A DNA stretch of 64,000 bases from the NCBI GenBank assembly GCA_009914755.4, contig CP086569.2, forward strand, positions 11,008,001 through 11,072,000. The letters run 5' to 3'. This document shows, piece by piece, positions 1 to 11,783 of the stretch; within the stretch, counting starts at the first letter, position 1; every line of letters starts with the position of its first letter. The position numbers and the translations under genes are program-made. The notes beneath the pieces are model-generated. The model had not been told where the DNA came from. It did not search any database and saw only the letters and a program-made list of their open reading frames with translations. This DNA comes from the human T2T-CHM13v2.0 reference genome, Homo sapiens.

Positions 1-33
1 ATTCCATTCCATTGCATTCCATTCCATTCCCTG

Positions 34-100
34 CTTTCGACAGGATCTCACTCTGTGACACAGCCTGGAGTGCAGTAGCACAATCTCAACTCAAATTTAT
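34..100 (-). mobile_element. Alu-derived ~75-bp fragment (antisense Alu right-arm 3' end) embedded in satellite, copy 1
   Basis: TTTCGACAGGATCTCACTCTGTGACACAGCCTGGAGTGCAGTAGCACAATCTCAACTCA matches the antisense Alu 3' consensus GAGACGGAGTCTCGCTCTGTCGCCCAGGCTGGAGTGCAGTGGCGCGATCTCGGCTCAC. Confidence 0.7.
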
Positions 101-612
101 TTTGACCATTCCATTCCACTACATTCCACTACACTTCAGTTCACTCCACTCCACTCCAATCCATGCCATTCCACTCCATTCAATTCCATCCCAATCCAGT
201 CCACACCACTCAGCTCCACTCAATTCCGCTCTAATCCACTTCAGTCCACTCCAATACATTACACTTCATCATATTCAATTGCAATCCATTCCACTACACT
301 GCACTCCATTCAACTCCACTACATTCCTTTCGATTGCATGCCAGTCCATTGCACTCCATTCCACACCATTTCACTCCACTCCACTCCACTCCATTCCATT
401 CCATCCCATTCCCTTCCATTTCATTCCATCCCATTCCAACCCATCCCATCCCATCGCATCCCATTCCATTCCATCCCATCCCATTCTATTTGCTTCCATT
501 CCATTCCATTCCATTCCATTCCATTCCATTCCATTCCATCCCATTCCATTCCATTCCATCACATTCCATTCCATTCCATTCCTTTCCATTCCATTATACT
601 TCGTTCCATTCC

Positions 613-692
613 TTTCTTTTCTTTTGACAGGCTCTCACTCTCTCACACAGGCTGTATTGTCGTGGCACAATATCAGCTCACATTTCATTTCA
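613..692 (-). mobile_element. Alu-derived fragment module, copy 2
   Basis: ...GACAGGCTCTCACTCTCTCACACAGGCTG..GTGGCACAATATCAGCTCACATTTCATTTCACC. Confidence 0.65.
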
Positions 693-1347
693 CCATTCTC
701 TTCCATTGCATTTCATTGCATTCCATTCCATTGCATTATATTCTATTGTATTCCATTCCATTCCATTTCATTCTAATCCATTCCACTCCCTTTCATTCAA
801 CTCCACTCCACTTCACTCCACGCCACTCCACTCCACTCCACTCCACTCCACTCCATTCCACTCCATTCCATTCCATTCCATTCCATTCCATTCCATTCCA
901 TTCCATTCCATTCTACTCCAGTCCACTCCACTGCATGCCACTCGACTCCACTCCCTTACACTCAATTCCAATCCATTCTTCTCCATTTCATTCTATTCCT
1001 CTCCATTCCTCTCCACTCCACTCCACTACCGTCCACTCCAGTCCACTCCACTCCAATCCATTTCACTGCACTCCACTCCACTCCCTTCCATTCCATCCCA
1101 TTCCATTCTACTCCATTCCAGTCCACTGCATTCCACTCCATTATTTTCCATTCCATCCAAAGACGTTCCATTCTTTACCACTCTAATGCTCTCCACTACA
1201 CTCCACTCTTGTCCACTCCACTCCATTCCACTCCATCCAATTCCATTTACTCCAATCCACTTAGCTGTACTCCACTCCACTGCAGACCATTTCATTTCAT
1301 TCCATTCCATTCCACTCCATTCCATTCCACTCTTTACCATTCCATTC

Positions 1348-1425
1348 CTTTCTTTCGACAGGATCTCACTCTCCCACACAGGCTGGAGTAAAGGGACACA
1401 ATCTGAGCTCACATATCATTTTAAC
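1348..1425 (-). mobile_element. Alu-derived fragment module, copy 3
   Basis: TTTCGACAGGATCTCACTCTCCCACACAGGCTGGAGTAAAGGGACACAATCTGAGCTCAC. Confidence 0.6.
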
Positions 1426-1631
1426 ATTTAATTGCATTCCATTCCCTTGCATTCCATTAAATTTCATTCCATTCCATTCCTCTCCATTGCTTTCCACTGC
1501 ACTCCACCCAACTACACACCAATCCACACCACTCCATTCCATTCTTTTCCATTCCATTCCATTCCATTTTATTCCATTCCATTCCTTTCCATTCCATTCC
1601 ACTCCATTCCATTCCATTCCATTCCACTCCG

Positions 1632-1707
1632 TTCTTTCATGAGGGTCTCACTCTATCACCTAGTCTGGAATGCAGTGACACAATCTCAGCTCACATTTCA
1701 TTTCACC
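1632..1707 (-). mobile_element. Alu-derived fragment module, copy 4
   Basis: GGTCTCACTCTATCACCTAGTCTGGAATGCAGTGACACAATCTCAGCTCACATTTCATTTCACC. Confidence 0.7.
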
Positions 1708-2037
1708 ATTCCATTGCATTGCATTCCATTGCATTCAAGTCCATTCCATTCCATTGTATTCCATTCCATTCCATCCCATCCCATTCCTTTCCATTCCATT
1801 CCATTCCATTCCATTCCATTCCACTCTGCTGCATTCCATTCCATTCCATTCCAATCCATTCCACTCCACTCTACTCCACTCCTCTCCACTCCATCCCATT
1901 CCATCCCATTCAATTCCACTCCACTCCACTCTATTGCATTCCCTCCCATCCCTTTCCACTCTATTCCACTCCAATCCACAGCACTCCACTCCACTTCACT
2001 CTACTCCACTCCATTCCGTTCCATACCATTCCATCAC

Positions 2038-2112
2038 TTTGTGTCACGAAAATCTCACTCTGTCACCCTGGCTGCAGTGCAGTGGCGCAATTTCAGCTCA
2101 CATTTCATTTCA
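2038..2112 (-). mobile_element. Alu-derived fragment module, copy 5
   Basis: AATCTCACTCTGTCACCCTGGCTGCAGTGCAGTGGCGCAATTTCAGCTCAC; this copy retains GGCGC. Confidence 0.75.
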
Positions 2113-2312
2113 CAACTCCATTCCATTCCACTCCACTCAACTCCACTTCACTTCACGCCATTCCATCCCATTGCTTTGCTCTCTATTTCACTCCACTTCA
2201 CTGCACTCCACTCCATTCCATTCCACTCCCTACCATTCCATTCCCCTTCACTCCACTCCTCTCCAGTCAACTACTCTTCATTCCATTCCATTAAACTCTA
2301 TTGCATTCCATT

Positions 2313-2392
2313 CTTTTTATTTGTAAGTATCTCACTCTGTTTCTCACGCTCGAGTGCAGGGGCACAATCTCAGCTCACATTCCATTTCACCA
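2313..2392 (-). mobile_element. Alu-derived fragment module, copy 6
   Basis: TATCTCACTCTGTTTCTCACGCTCGAGTGCAGGGGCACAATCTCAGCTCAC. Confidence 0.65.
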
Positions 2393-2675
2393 TTCCAATG
2401 TATTTCAATCCATTACATTCCTTTTAATTGCAATCCACTCCATTCCACTGCACGCCATTCCATTCCATTCCATTCCAATCCATTCCACTAAATTCCATTC
2501 CATTCCACTACACTACACTCCCCATCATTCCATTCCATGCCATCCTATTTCACTCCATTCCACTCCTCTCCACTCTACTCTACTCGACTCCACTGCACTC
2601 CTCTCCAATCCATTCCATTCCATTCCCTTACTTTCCATTCTATTCCATTCCTTTTCACTCCATTCCATTACATAT

Positions 2676-2753
2676 ATTTCTTTCAACAGCATCTCACACT
2701 GTCAACCTGGCTGGAGTGCAATGACACAATCTCAGCTCACGTTTCAATTTACC
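2676..2753 (-). mobile_element. Alu-derived fragment module, copy 7
   Basis: CATCTCACACTGTCAACCTGGCTGGAGTGCAATGACACAATCTCAGCTCAC. Confidence 0.7.
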
Positions 2754-3046
2754 ATTCCATTCTTTTCCATTCCATACCATTCCATCCTACTCTTCTGCAC
2801 TCCACTCAACTCCATTCCATTCCATTCCATTCCACTTCATTCCACTCCACTCCACTCTATTCCAATCCACCCCATTCCAATCCAATCCACTCCACGCCAC
2901 TCCATTCCATTCCTTCCCATTCCATTCCTGTCCATTCTACTCCACTTCATTCCATTCTTTCCCATTCCATTCCACTCCATTCCACTCCACTCAATCCCAC
3001 TCCATTCCATTCCATTCCATTCCATTCCACTCAATTCCATTACATT

Positions 3047-3125
3047 CCTTTCTTTTGACAGGATCTCCCTCTGTCATAAAGGCTGCACTGCATTGGTCAA
3101 TATCAGCTCACATTTCGTTTCACTA
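3047..3125 (-). mobile_element. Alu-derived fragment module, copy 8
   Basis: TTTTGACAGGATCTCCCTCTGTCATAAAGGCTGCACTGCATTGGTCAATATCAGCTCAC. Confidence 0.6.
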
Positions 3126-3403
3126 TTCCATTCCATTCCATTTGATTTCATTCCATTCCATTCCACTCCACTCCACTCCAATCCACTCCATTCCATTCCA
3201 TCCAATTCCATGCCACTCCACTCCATTCCACTACACTCCATGCCACTCCATCCCGTTCCATTCCTCTCCATTCCAATCCAGTCAACTCCACTTCACTCCA
3301 CTCCATTCCATTCCATTCCATTCCATTCCATTCCATTCCATTCCATTCCATTCCATTCCATTCCATTCCCTTATATTCCATTCCACACACTTCAATTCCA
3401 TTC

Positions 3404-3483
3404 CTTTCTTTCACAAGACTCCCTTTCTCTCACCCAGGCTGGAGTGCAGTGGCTCAATCTGAGCTCATATTACATATCACCAT
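3404..3483 (-). mobile_element. Alu-derived fragment module, copy 9
   Basis: CTCTCACCCAGGCTGGAGTGCAGTGGCTCAATCTGAGCTCAT. Confidence 0.7.
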
Positions 3484-3931
3484 TCTATTCCACTGCATTC
3501 CATTGCACTGTATTCAATTGCATTCCGTTCCATTGCATTCTATTGCATCCCATTCCACTCCATTCCATTCCATTCCATTGTATTCCATTGCATTCCATTC
3601 TATTCCATTAAATTGCAATCCATTCCATTCCATTCCACTCCTTTCCGTTCCATTCCATTCCATTCCTCTCCACTCCATTCCATTCCTCTCCACTCTACTA
3701 AATTCCATTCCATTCCGTTCCATTCCATTCCATTCTATTCCATTCCACTCCACTCCAATCCACTCCAATGCTCTCCACTTGACTCCACTGCTCTCCACTC
3801 CACTCCACTCCATTCCATTCCACTCCATCCCATTCTATTCCACTGCATTCCCCTCCACTCCACTCCACTCTAGTCCAATCCAGTCCTCTCTACTCCACTC
3901 CATTCCATTCCCCTCCATTCCCTTCCATTCC

Positions 3932-4008
3932 TTTCCTTTGAAATTATGTCACTCTGTCACACATATTGGGGTGCAGTGGAAGAATATCAGCATATATTTC
4001 ATTTCACC
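3932..4008 (-). mobile_element. Alu-derived fragment module, copy 10 (diverged)
   Basis: TGTCACTCTGTCACACATATTGGGGTGCAGTGGAAGAATATCAGCATAT. Confidence 0.55.
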
Positions 4009-4650
4009 ATAGCCTTCCATTCCATTCCCCTCCATTCTATACTTTTAAACTCCACTCCATTTCAGTCCACTCCACTCCACTCCATTTCACTCCACTCCCC
4101 TCCATTCTACTCCTCTCTACTCCATCCCATTCCATTCCACTTCATTCTACTCAACTCCACTCCACTCCACTTCTTTCCATTCCATCCCATTCAATTCCAC
4201 CCCAATCCATTCCACTGCACTCCACTCCAATCCTTCCATTCAATTCCACTCCATTACACTCCACTCCATTCCAATCCATTCCAATTCTTTACATTCCATT
4301 CCATTCCAGTCCACTCTACTCCTCTACGTTTCTCTCCACTCCACTGCATTACATCCCATTCCATTCCACTCCACTCCACTCCATTCGATTCCCTTCCAGT
4401 AAATTCCATTCCATTCCTTTAAATTCTAATCCACTCCACTCCTCTCCACTCCATTCAATGCCATTCTATTCCATTACATTCCAGTCCATGGTACTCCATT
4501 CCACTCCACTCCACTCCACCACATTCCATTCCATTCCATCCCATTCCACTCCATTCCACTACTCTCCACTCTACTCCACTCCACTCCCCTCCACTCCTCT
4601 CCACTACACTCCATTCCATTCCAGTCCATTTAACTGCATAACATTCCATT

Positions 4651-4760
4651 TATTTCTTTCGGCAGCATCTCACTCTGTCACACAGGCTGGAATGCAGTGG
4701 CACACAGTCAGCTCAGGCTGGAGTGCAATGGCACTGTATCAGCTCACATTTCATTTCACC
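4651..4760 (-). mobile_element. Alu-derived fragment module, copy 11, with internal ~35-bp duplication
   Basis: CATCTCACTCTGTCACACAGGCTGGAATGCAGTGGCACACAGTCAGCTCAGGCTGGAGTGCAATGGCACTGTATCAGCTCAC. Confidence 0.75.
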
Positions 4761-5089
4761 ATTCCATTCCATTGCATTCAATTCTACTCCACTCCACTCC
4801 ACTCCATTCCATTCCATTCCACTCCAATCCACTCTACTCCACTCCACTTCATTCCACTCCACTCCATTCCATTCCATTCCACTCCATTCCACTCCAATGC
4901 CCTGCACTTGACTCTACTCCAATCCACTCCATTCGATTACTTTCTACTCCATAACATTCTATTCCACTCCATTCACATCCACTCCACTCCACTCTACTCC
5001 ATTCCAGTCCGCTCCACTCCACTTTACTCCACTCCCCTCCTCTCCACACCGCTCCGCTCCACTCCATTCCACTCCACTGCATTCCATTC

Positions 5090-5167
5090 CTTTCTTTCAA
5101 CAGGATCTCATTCTTTCAGCCACGTTATAGTGCAGTGCAACAATCTCAGCTCACATTTCGTTTCACC
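5090..5167 (-). mobile_element. Alu-derived fragment module, copy 12
   Basis: GGATCTCATTCTTTCAGCCACGTTATAGTGCAGTGCAACAATCTCAGCTCAC. Confidence 0.6.
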
Positions 5168-5513
5168 ATAGCATTTCATTCAATTCCATTCCCTAAAATT
5201 CCATTCCATTCCAGTACACTCTACTCCACTCCACTCCGCTCCATTCTATCCTGTTCCATTCCATTCCATTCCATTCCATTCCATTCCATTCCATTCCATT
5301 CCAATCCACTCCTCTCCTCTCCACTCCGCTCCATGACATTCAATTCCATTACATTCCAGTACATACTACTCCATTCCACTAAACTCCACCCCGCTACATT
5401 CCATTCCATTGTCCCATTTCACTGCATTCCACTACTCTTCACTCTACTCCACTCCATTCCACTGTACTCCTCTCCACTCCATTTCATTACATTTCACTCC
5501 TTTCCATTCCATT

Positions 5514-5624
5514 GCTTTCTTTCAAAGACATCTCACTCTGTCACACAGGATGGAGTGCAGTGGCACCATCTCAGCTCAGGCTGGAGTGCAATGACACAGT
5601 ATTAGCTCACATTTCATTTCAGCA
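5514..5624 (-). mobile_element. Alu-derived fragment module, copy 13, with the same internal duplication as copy 11
   Basis: CATCTCACTCTGTCACACAGGATGGAGTGCAGTGGCACCATCTCAGCTCAGGCTGGAGTGCAATGACACAGTATTAGCTCAC. Confidence 0.75.
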
Positions 5625-5825
5625 TTCCATTCCATTCCATTCCATTCCATTCCATTCCATTCCATTCCACTACACTGTGATCCACTCCACTCAACTTCAC
5701 TGCACTCCACTGTTTTGCATTCCCTTCCCTTCCTTTCTTTTCCATTCCATTCCAATCCATTCCATTCCACTCCCCTCCATTCGACTCCGTTCTATTCCAT
5801 TGCATTGTACTGCATTCCATTCCAT

Positions 5826-5905
5826 TCCTTTATTTTCACTTCATCTCACTCTTTCATCCTGAATTCAATGCAGTCACACAATCTTAGCTCACATTTCATT
5901 TCACC
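5826..5905 (-). mobile_element. Alu-derived fragment module, copy 14
   Basis: CATCTCACTCTTTCATCCTGAATTCAATGCAGTCACACAATCTTAGCTCAC. Confidence 0.6.
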
Positions 5906-6561
5906 ATTCCATTCCATTCCATTCCACACCATTTTATTAAACTCCTACACATTCCACTCCACTCTACTCAATTCCATTCCACTCCACTTCACTCCATTGC
6001 TTCCCTTTCCATTCCATTGTATTCCACTGCACTACGTTGCACTTCAATCAACTCCACATCACTCCAATCCATTTCATTCTCTTCCTTTCCATTATGTTCC
6101 TTTGTGTTCCATTCCACCTATTTCCATTCCACTGCACTCCATTCCACTCCACTCCGTTTCACTCCATTGAACTCCATTCCACTCCATTCCACTGTATACC
6201 ACTCCTTTCCTATCCATTCCACTCCACTCGACTCCATTTCTCTCCGCTCCATTCCATTCCACTCCATTGTATCCAATTCCACTGCATTCCATTCCACTCT
6301 CCACCACTCCCTTCCACTCCCTTTGACTCCATTCCACTGCACTCCAACTCTACTCCTCTCAACTCCATTTCAATGCTTTCCATTACTTTCCACTCCACTC
6401 CATTTCCATTCCATTCCATTCCATTCCATTCCATTCCATTCCATTCCATTCCATTCCATTCCACTACATTCCACTCCATTTCATTCCACTCCACTGTGTT
6501 CCATTCCATTCCATTCCACTCCACTGCATTTTATTCCATGCTTCTACATTCCATTCCATTC

Positions 6562-6636
6562 CTTTATTTCGACTGGATCTGACTTTGTCACCAGACTGAA
6601 GTGCTGTGGCACAATCTTAGCTCTCATTTCATTTCA
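6562..6636 (-). mobile_element. Alu-derived fragment module, copy 15
   Basis: TTTATTTCGACTGGATCTGACTTTGTCACCAGACTGAAGTGCTGTGGCACAATCTTAGCTCTC. Confidence 0.75.
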
Positions 6637-6699
6637 ACAAACAATTCCAATCCATTCTATTCCATTCTGTTCCATTCCATTCCATTCCATTCCATTCCA

Positions 6700-6750
6700 T
6701 TCCGTTCCGTTCCGTTCCGTTCCGTTCCGTTCCATTCCGTTCCGTTCCGT
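6700..6750. repeat. CpG-containing pentamer variant run (CGTTC)n
   Basis: ccgttccgttccgttccgttccgttccgttccattccgttccgttccgtt was read directly. Shorter runs occur near 7262-7280, 13462-13480 and 55795-55815. Confidence 0.8.
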
Positions 6751-7124
6751 TCCATTCCATTCCACTCCACTCCACTCCACTCCACTGCTCCCCATTCTGT
6801 TCCGTTCCATTCCATTCCATTCCATTCCATTGCACTCCCATCCACTCCACTCAAGTACACTGCACTTCACTCTACTCCAGTCCATCCATTTGATTCCATT
6901 CCGTTCCATTACATTCCACTCCACTCCATTTCCCTTCATTCCACTCCATTCCACTCCAATCTACTCCACTCCAATCCGTTCCTTTTGACTTCATTCCATT
7001 TGATTCCACCATATTCCATTCCATTCCACTCCATTCCACTCCGCTCGATTCCACTCCACTCCATTCAACTCCACTCATCTCCATTCCATTGAATTCCATT
7101 CCACTCCACTCCATTCCATTCCAT

Positions 7125-7201
7125 TCCTTTATTTCGACTGGATCTCACTCTGTCACCAAGTCTAAAGTGCATTGGCCCAACTGTAGCTCACATTTCATTT
7201 C
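7125..7201 (-). mobile_element. Alu-derived fragment module, copy 16
   Basis: TTTATTTCGACTGGATCTCACTCTGTCACCAAGTCTAAAGTGCATTGGCCCAACTGTAGCTCAC. Confidence 0.7.
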
Positions 7202-7651
7202 CCATTCCATTCCACTCCATTCCATTCCATTCCATTCCATTCCATTCCATTCCATTCCATTCCATTCCATTCCATTCCGTTCCGTTCCACTGGATTCCGA
7301 TCCACTCTACTCAACTCCATTTCAATCCAGTCCACTCCATTCTGTTCTGTTCCATTCTATTCCTTTCCATTCCATTCCATTCCGTCCTATTCCATTCCAT
7401 TCCACTCCACTCCATTCCATTCTACTCCATTCTGTTCCACTCCACGCCACTCCACTCCATTCCATTCCATTCTATTCCATTCCATTCCATTCTATTCCAC
7501 TGCCATCTGACCCACTCAATTCAACTTCACAGCACTCCACTCCGATCGATTCCGTTCCGTTCCATTCCGTGTAGTCCACTGCATTGAATTGCACTCCACT
7601 CCATTCCACTCCACTGCATTCCCTTCCATTCTAATGCATTCCATTCCATTC

Positions 7652-7728
7652 CTTTATTTCGAATAGTTCTCACACTGTCACCCAGACTGGAGTGCAGTGG
7701 CACCAACTTAGCTCATATTTCATTTCAC
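7652..7728 (-). mobile_element. Alu-derived fragment module, copy 17
   Basis: TTCTCACACTGTCACCCAGACTGGAGTGCAGTGGCACCAACTTAGCTCAT. Confidence 0.75.
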
Positions 7729-7962
7729 AATTCCAATCCATTCGTTTCCACACCATTCCATTCCACTCCCCTCCACTCCACTCCCATCCATTCCACTCTA
7801 CTCCACTCATTTCAATGCATTCCATTCCTTTCCATTCCAGTGCACTCCAATCCACTGCATTCAAATCCACTCCATTTCACTTCACTCCACTACATTCCGT
7901 TCCATTATGTTTTATTCCACTCCACACCATTCCATTCAATTCTACTCCATGCGATTCCATTC

Positions 7963-8035
7963 CTTTATTTAGACTGGATCTCACTGTGACACCCACACTG
8001 GTGTGCAGTGGCCAATCTTATTTCATATTTCCTTT
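7963..8035 (-). mobile_element. Alu-derived fragment module, copy 18
   Basis: TTTATTTAGACTGGATCTCACTGTGACACCCACACTGGTGTGCAGTGGCCAATCTTATTTCAT. Confidence 0.65.
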
Positions 8036-8684
8036 ATCATTTCTTTCCAATACATTCCATTCCATTCCATTGCATTCCATTCCACTGCACTCCAATCCAC
8101 TCCCCTCAACTCCATTCCAATCCACTCCATTCCATTCTGTTCTGTTCCATTCCGTGCCACTCCATTCCACTCCATTCTATTCCATTCCACTTAATTCAAT
8201 TCCATTCCATTCCACTCCATTGCTCTCCATTCCACTCCACTCCTTTCCATTCCTCTCCACTCCACTCCATTCCAATCCATTCCTTTCCATTCCACTCCAT
8301 TCCATTCCATACCACTCCACTCCACTCTTCTCCACTCCACTCCTCTCTATTCCATTCCATTTCATACCACTGTCCCCCATCAACTCCACTCAACTTCACT
8401 CCTCAACACTTCTCTCCGTTCTTTTTGTTCTTTTCCTTTCCATTCCATTCCACTCCATTCCATTTCATTCCACTCCATTCCATTCCATTGCATTCCACTC
8501 TTTTCCATTCCATTCCACTCCACTCCGTTCCACTCCACTCCACTCCACTCCATACCAATCCAATCCATTCCATTCCACTCCTTTCCATTCCATTTCACTC
8601 CATTCCACTACACTCCCATCTATTCTACTACATTCCATTCCTCTCCACTGCATTGTATTCCATGAAATTCCATTCCTTTCCATT

Positions 8685-8763
8685 CCTTTATTTCGACTGG
8701 ATCTCTCTTGGTCAGCAGAGTGAAGTGCAGTGGCACAATCTTAGCTCACATTTCATTTCACCT
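8685..8763 (-). mobile_element. Alu-derived fragment module, copy 19
   Basis: TTTATTTCGACTGGATCTCTCTTGGTCAGCAGAGTGAAGTGCAGTGGCACAATCTTAGCTCAC. Confidence 0.7.
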
Positions 8764-9146
8764 TTTCATTCCATTCCATTGCATTCCATTGCATTCCATT
8801 CCATTCCATTCCACTACAATCCATTCCATTTCACCGCACTCTGATCCACTCCACTCAACTTCGCTCAATTCCATTCCATTCCATTCCATTCCATTCCATT
8901 CCATTCCATTCCATTCCATTCCATTCCATTCCTATCAATTCCACTCCACTGAATTTAACTCCACACCATTCCACTTCTCTCCACTAAACTCCACGCTATT
9001 CCTTTCCATTCCTCTCCTTTCCATGGCATTCCATTCCACTCCCTTCCACTTCATTCCACTCCACTCGATTCCACTCGAGTCCATTCAACTGCACTGCACT
9101 TCATTCCAGTGCATTCCATTCCACTACACTCCATTCCTTTCTGTTC

Positions 9147-9222
9147 CTTTATTTCGACTGAATCTCACTCTGTTACGCAGACTAGAGTGCTGTGGCCCCA
9201 TCTCAGCTCACATTTCATTAAC
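9147..9222 (-). mobile_element. Alu-derived fragment module, copy 20
   Basis: TTTCGACTGAATCTCACTCTGTTACGCAGACTAGAGTGCTGTGGCCCCATCTCAGCTCAC. Confidence 0.75.
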
Positions 9223-9540
9223 CATTCCATTGCACTCCATTCCATTCCATTCCATTCCATTGCAATCCATTCCATTTCTCTGAATTCCGATCCACTCCAC
9301 TGAACTCCACTCCACTCTGTTCTATTCTGTTCCCTTCCAAACCATTCCATTATGTTCCATTCCACTCCACTCCACTCCATTCAATTCCATTTCATTCCAC
9401 AACTCTGTTTTCCACTTTACTCCATTAACCACCACTCCACTCCACTACATTCCATTCCCTTCACTTCCATTCCATTCCTTTCCATACCCTTCCAAACCAA
9501 TGCACACCATTTCATTCCATTCTACTCCTTTCCCTTCCAT

Positions 9541-9620
9541 TCATTCATTTTGACAGGATCTAACTCTCTCACCCAGACAGGAGTTCAGTGGCAGAACCTT
9601 AGCTCACACTTCATTAATCA
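9541..9620 (-). mobile_element. Alu-derived fragment module, copy 21
   Basis: TTTGACAGGATCTAACTCTCTCACCCAGACAGGAGTTCAGTGGCAGAACCTTAGCTCAC. Confidence 0.7.
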
Positions 9621-10007
9621 TTCCATTCCTTTCCATTCCATTCCATTCTATTGAACTCTCTGCCATTCAAACTCTTTCCGTTCCATTACATTCCAGTCCA
9701 TTCCATTCCATTCCCCTCCACTGCACTCCATTCAATTCCACTCAATTCCACTCCATTACACTCCTTTCCACTCCATTTCACTCCATTCCACTTCATTCCA
9801 CCCTACTCCACTCCTGACCACTCCAATCTATTCCATTCCATTCCATTCCCCTGCACTCCAATCCAGTCCAATCAACTTCATTCCACTCCACTCCACTCCA
9901 TTCCATTCCATTTTGTTCCATTCAGTTCCATTCTACTCGACTCCGTTCCACTCTACTCTATTACACTCCACTCCTTTCCATTCCATTATACTCCATTCCA
10001 TTCCATT

Positions 10008-10086
10008 CCTTTATATCGACTGGATCTCACTCTGTCACCCAGACTGTAGTGCAGTGGGACAATCTTAGCTCACGTTTCATTTCACC
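10008..10086 (-). mobile_element. Alu-derived fragment module, copy 22
   Basis: TCGACTGGATCTCACTCTGTCACCCAGACTGTAGTGCAGTGGGACAATCTTAGCTCAC. Confidence 0.8.
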
Positions 10087-10351
10087 ATTCCATTCCATTC
10101 CAATCCATTTCATTCTATTTCATTCCTCTCCACTCCACTCCACTCCATTCCATTCCACTCCACTCCACTCCATTCCATTCCATTCCACTCCACTCCACTA
10201 CATTCCATTCCATTCTATTTCACCGCACTCCGAGCCACTCCACTCAACTCCACTCTACTCTACACCACTCCACTCCATTCCTTTCCTTTCCGTTCCCTTC
10301 CATTCCACTCCATGCCATTCCATTCCATTCTTCTCCATTCCTTTGCATTCC

Positions 10352-10428
10352 TTTATTTCTACTGGATCTCACTCTGTCACTCAGAATGGTGTGCAGTGGC
10401 CCTATCTTAGCACACATTTGATTCCCCA
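10352..10428 (-). mobile_element. Alu-derived fragment module, copy 23
   Basis: TTTCTACTGGATCTCACTCTGTCACTCAGAATGGTGTGCAGTGGCCCTATCTTAGCACAC. Confidence 0.75.
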
Positions 10429-11704
10429 TTCCATTCCCTTCCTTTCCGTTCCATACAATTCCATTGAATTCCATTCTATTCCACTGCATTCTGAGGCACT
10501 CCACTCCACTCCACTCCACTCCTCTGCTTTCCGTTCCATGCCATTCTTCTCCATTCCATTCCTTTCTTTTCCATTCTATTCCATTCCATTCTAATCCACT
10601 CCATTCCAATCCACTCAATTCCATTCCTATCCACCCCAGTCTACTATATTACATTACATTCCATGCAACTGCACTCCGATCCACTCCACTCATTTTCACT
10701 CCACTCGTCTCCACACCCTCAAATCCACTACATTCCCCTCCACTCCACTAAAATCTATTTCACTCCACTCCACTCCACTCCACTCCATTTCATTCCATTT
10801 TATTCCATTCCATTGCATTCCACTCCCCTAAACTCCAGTCCACTCCACTCCATTTCATTCCACTCCACTCCATTGCATTCCATTCCACTCCATTCCACTC
10901 CACTCCACGGCACTCCGCCCTTCTCAATTCCATTTCATTCCACTCCAGTCCACTCCATTCCATTCTACTGCACTCCCATTCACTCCACTCAAATACTCTC
11001 CACTCTACTTCACTCCGTTCCATTCCATTCCATTGTATTCCATTTTATTCCATTCCATTCCATTCCATTCCATTCCATTCCATTCCATTAATTTCCATTC
11101 TACTCCACTCCACTCCACTACATTCCATTCCATTGCATTCCATTTCATTCCATTCCATTCCCTTCCACTGCACTCCGATCCATTTCACTCAACTCCATGC
11201 CACTTGACTCCACTCCTTTTTGCTCTGTTCTATATCATTCCTTTACATTCCATTCCATTCCACTCCACTCCACTCCATTCTAGTCCACTCAATTGAATTC
11301 CAAAGCATTCCATTCCATTCCACTCCACTCCATTCCATTCCATTCTGCACCGTTCCTCTCCATTCCATTCTACTCCATTCCACTCCATTCCATTCCACTC
11401 CATTCCACTCCACTCTATTCCACTCCATTCCATTTCAATCCACTCCATTCCCTTCCAATCCATTCCACCCCATTCCACTGCACTCCATTCCAATCCTCTC
11501 GGTTCCACTCCAATCCACTCCATTCCACTCCATTCCTTTCCATTCCACTCCATTCAATTCCATTCCATTCCATTCCATTCCATTCCATTACCCTCTATTC
11601 CACTCTACTCCACTCCAGTCCACTCCCCTCCTTTGCACTCCAGTCCACTCCATTACTATCCATTCCATTCCAGTCCACGCCATTCCATTCCATTCGATTC
11701 ATTT

Positions 11705-11783
11705 GCTTTATTTCGACTGAATATCATTATGTCAAAATTACTGGTGTTGACTGGCACAATCTTCACTCACATTTCATTTCACC
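11705..11783 (-). mobile_element. Alu-derived fragment module, copy 24 (diverged)
   Basis: TTTATTTCGACTGAATATCATTATGTCAAAATTACTGGTGTTGACTGGCACAATCTTCACTCAC. Confidence 0.5.
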
